Assembly (NCBI RefSeq): GCF_001194135.2
Contig: NC_068981.1
Span: 141,274,017-141,326,002, forward strand
Origin: Octopus bimaculoides
Taxonomy: Eukaryota
Direction: 5' to 3'
Length of the DNA stretch: 51,986 bases
Shown: positions 50,066 to 51,986 of the stretch, piece by piece
Layout of the letters: each line of letters opens with the position of its first letter
Position numbering within the stretch: the first letter of the stretch is position 1
The notes under the pieces: generated by a model
Told to the model about the DNA's origin: nothing
Seen by the model: only the letters and a program-made list of their open reading frames with translations
The model's database searches: none
Program-made: the position numbers and the translations under genes

Positions 50066-51461
50066 ACGATCGTGTGATCTGGTCAAGAAAGTAAATGGTA
50101 AATTATTAGGGAAAGGCGAGTAGCTAAAACTACTAATAGAAAGCAATTATTAAAGGATTGACCGTCTGCAAAAAAATTATAAATTCATGTTCTAAGAAAT
50201 TTCCTGTGGATTCGATTCCTCAAGTTTATTGAATTTTTTAACTCCAATTTCTCGCAAATTTAAATATTCACTGTGTCCAATTCATCATAAATTTAAATAT
50301 TCATTGCATTCACTGCGGAGTATTCCATTTTTATTTGCAATGTTTCTCACATTCTCTATGAAAATTTTAAAATATACCTGTTTAATTTTTGAACGCGGGA
50401 TGACCGTGAGAAGAGCCTAGAAAGTTGAGTAATTGCTATTAGAAAANNNNNNNNNNNNNNNNNNNNNNNNNNNNNNNNNNNNNNNNNNNNNNNNNNNNNN
50501 NNNNNNNNNNNNNNNNNNNNNNNNNNNNNNNNNNNNNNNNNNNNNNNNNNNNNNNNNNNNNNNNNNNNNNNNNNNNNNNNNNNNNNNNNNNNNNNNNNNN
50601 NNNNNNNNNNNNNNNNNNNNNNNNNNNNNNNNNNNNNNNNNNNNNNNNNNNNNNNNNNNNNNNNNNNNNNNNNNNNNNNNNNNNNNNNNNNNNNNNNNNN
50701 NNNNNNNNNNNNNNNNNNNNNNNNNNNNNNNNNNNNNNNNNNNNNNNNNNNNNNNNNNNNNNNNNNNNNNNNNNNNNNNNNNNNNNNNNNNNNNNNNNNN
50801 NNNNNNNNNNNNNNNNNNNNNNNNNNNNNNNNNNNNNNNNNNNNNNNNNNNNNNNNNNNNNNNNNNNNNNNNNNNNNNNNNNNNNNNNNNNNNNNNNNNN
50901 NNNNNNNNNNNNNNNNNNNNNNNNNNNNNNNNNNGTTGAAGTGAAACTAAAGGTATTTGTGTGCTTGCAAACATCTTCCATAACAAATAGAGTTTTAAAA
51001 AAAAATTCCTACAAATATCAACCCCCCCCCCCACTCAACCACATTATTTCGAAGGCAGTGGTATAAAAAAAAAATGGAAAATCCCTGAAAACATTTTCCC
51101 CGAAAATTTCTTTATAATCGTAATCTATGCTGTTCGAAAGAGATTTGTATACATTTTCATTAAAAGATACACATCTTACTGAAAGTTATGAGGGGGAAAA
51201 TGTCAGATCGTGTGAATTTTCTGAAACTCTTCTCACCGACCTCTCGCAAAAATTATGTCCAATAAATTCCTATATACACTGAAACCATAACATTTAGGCG
51301 GTATTTGTAGAAAACTTTGCTAAAAAGTGTTCATTTTTCTGGATGTTATGAGGCAACGAAGAGGGAGCATATGCATCTGTAGTAATTGCCTTTTATTTAT
51401 ACGATTTTTTCATTTCATGTTTATTTCATTAATTGCTTGCAATGTTCTCTCTCTGTCTCTC

Positions 51462-51501
<40 letters not shown>

Positions 51502-51947
51502 TCTCTCAGACACACACGCACACACACTGCAAAGCTTACAGATGGGCTGGTGAATTCAAACCTCTATGTTGCTTTGTGCGGAAGGTAAAATCTGGCAAAC
51601 TGCTTCTCCCTATGTTGTTGGACTACCGTGAAGTTTGTGTTAAAAAAAAAGAGAGTTTATGACAACGATAAAATAATGAAAGCAATATTTACTAAGCAAA
51701 TCAGCACTAGTATACAAAAAAATAATAAGACGCAAAATACATAAATTATTAGAAATTGGAATCCAATGTGAAAATATAATCAAGGGGCTAGCAGAAAACC
51801 GCCTGGAGGACGGTCTTTCTGCTAGTATATATAATGAAGTAATATATACAGCTAGGTGCAATTTAATCGTCACTAAATGTGACTCAGCGTGACTAGACAC
51901 ATACATTGCTAGAAATAGCAGTAAAATATACCTGTGCTACAGGAAGA

Positions 51948-51986
<39 letters not shown>

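Overview
AT-rich eukaryotic genomic DNA, rich in microsatellites and broken by 14 N-gaps totalling about 6.3 kb. The SINE families and repeat landscape point to an octopus, from recalled repeat families rather than a database search. I found no confidently identifiable host protein-coding gene, tRNA/rRNA gene or CRISPR array. Most long ORFs in the track are artefacts of N-runs or di/trinucleotide repeats. The supportable content is mostly transposon remains: two tRNA-derived SINE families (one copy nested with a 16-bp target-site duplication), a TIR-bounded internally deleted mariner, a DD37D (maT-type) transposase relic, a Helentron-associated (HINE-like) element, and HERO/NeSL-like, L1/Tx1, RTE and Dong/R4-like LINE fragments. 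The most interesting signals are a nearly complete minimal type I hammerhead ribozyme fold on the minus strand at 518-574, probably from a Penelope-like element end, and an interleaved double inverted repeat (A-B-A'-B') at 11172-12033. Several long hairpins/palindromes and a few weak candidate exons also need RNA-seq to evaluate.
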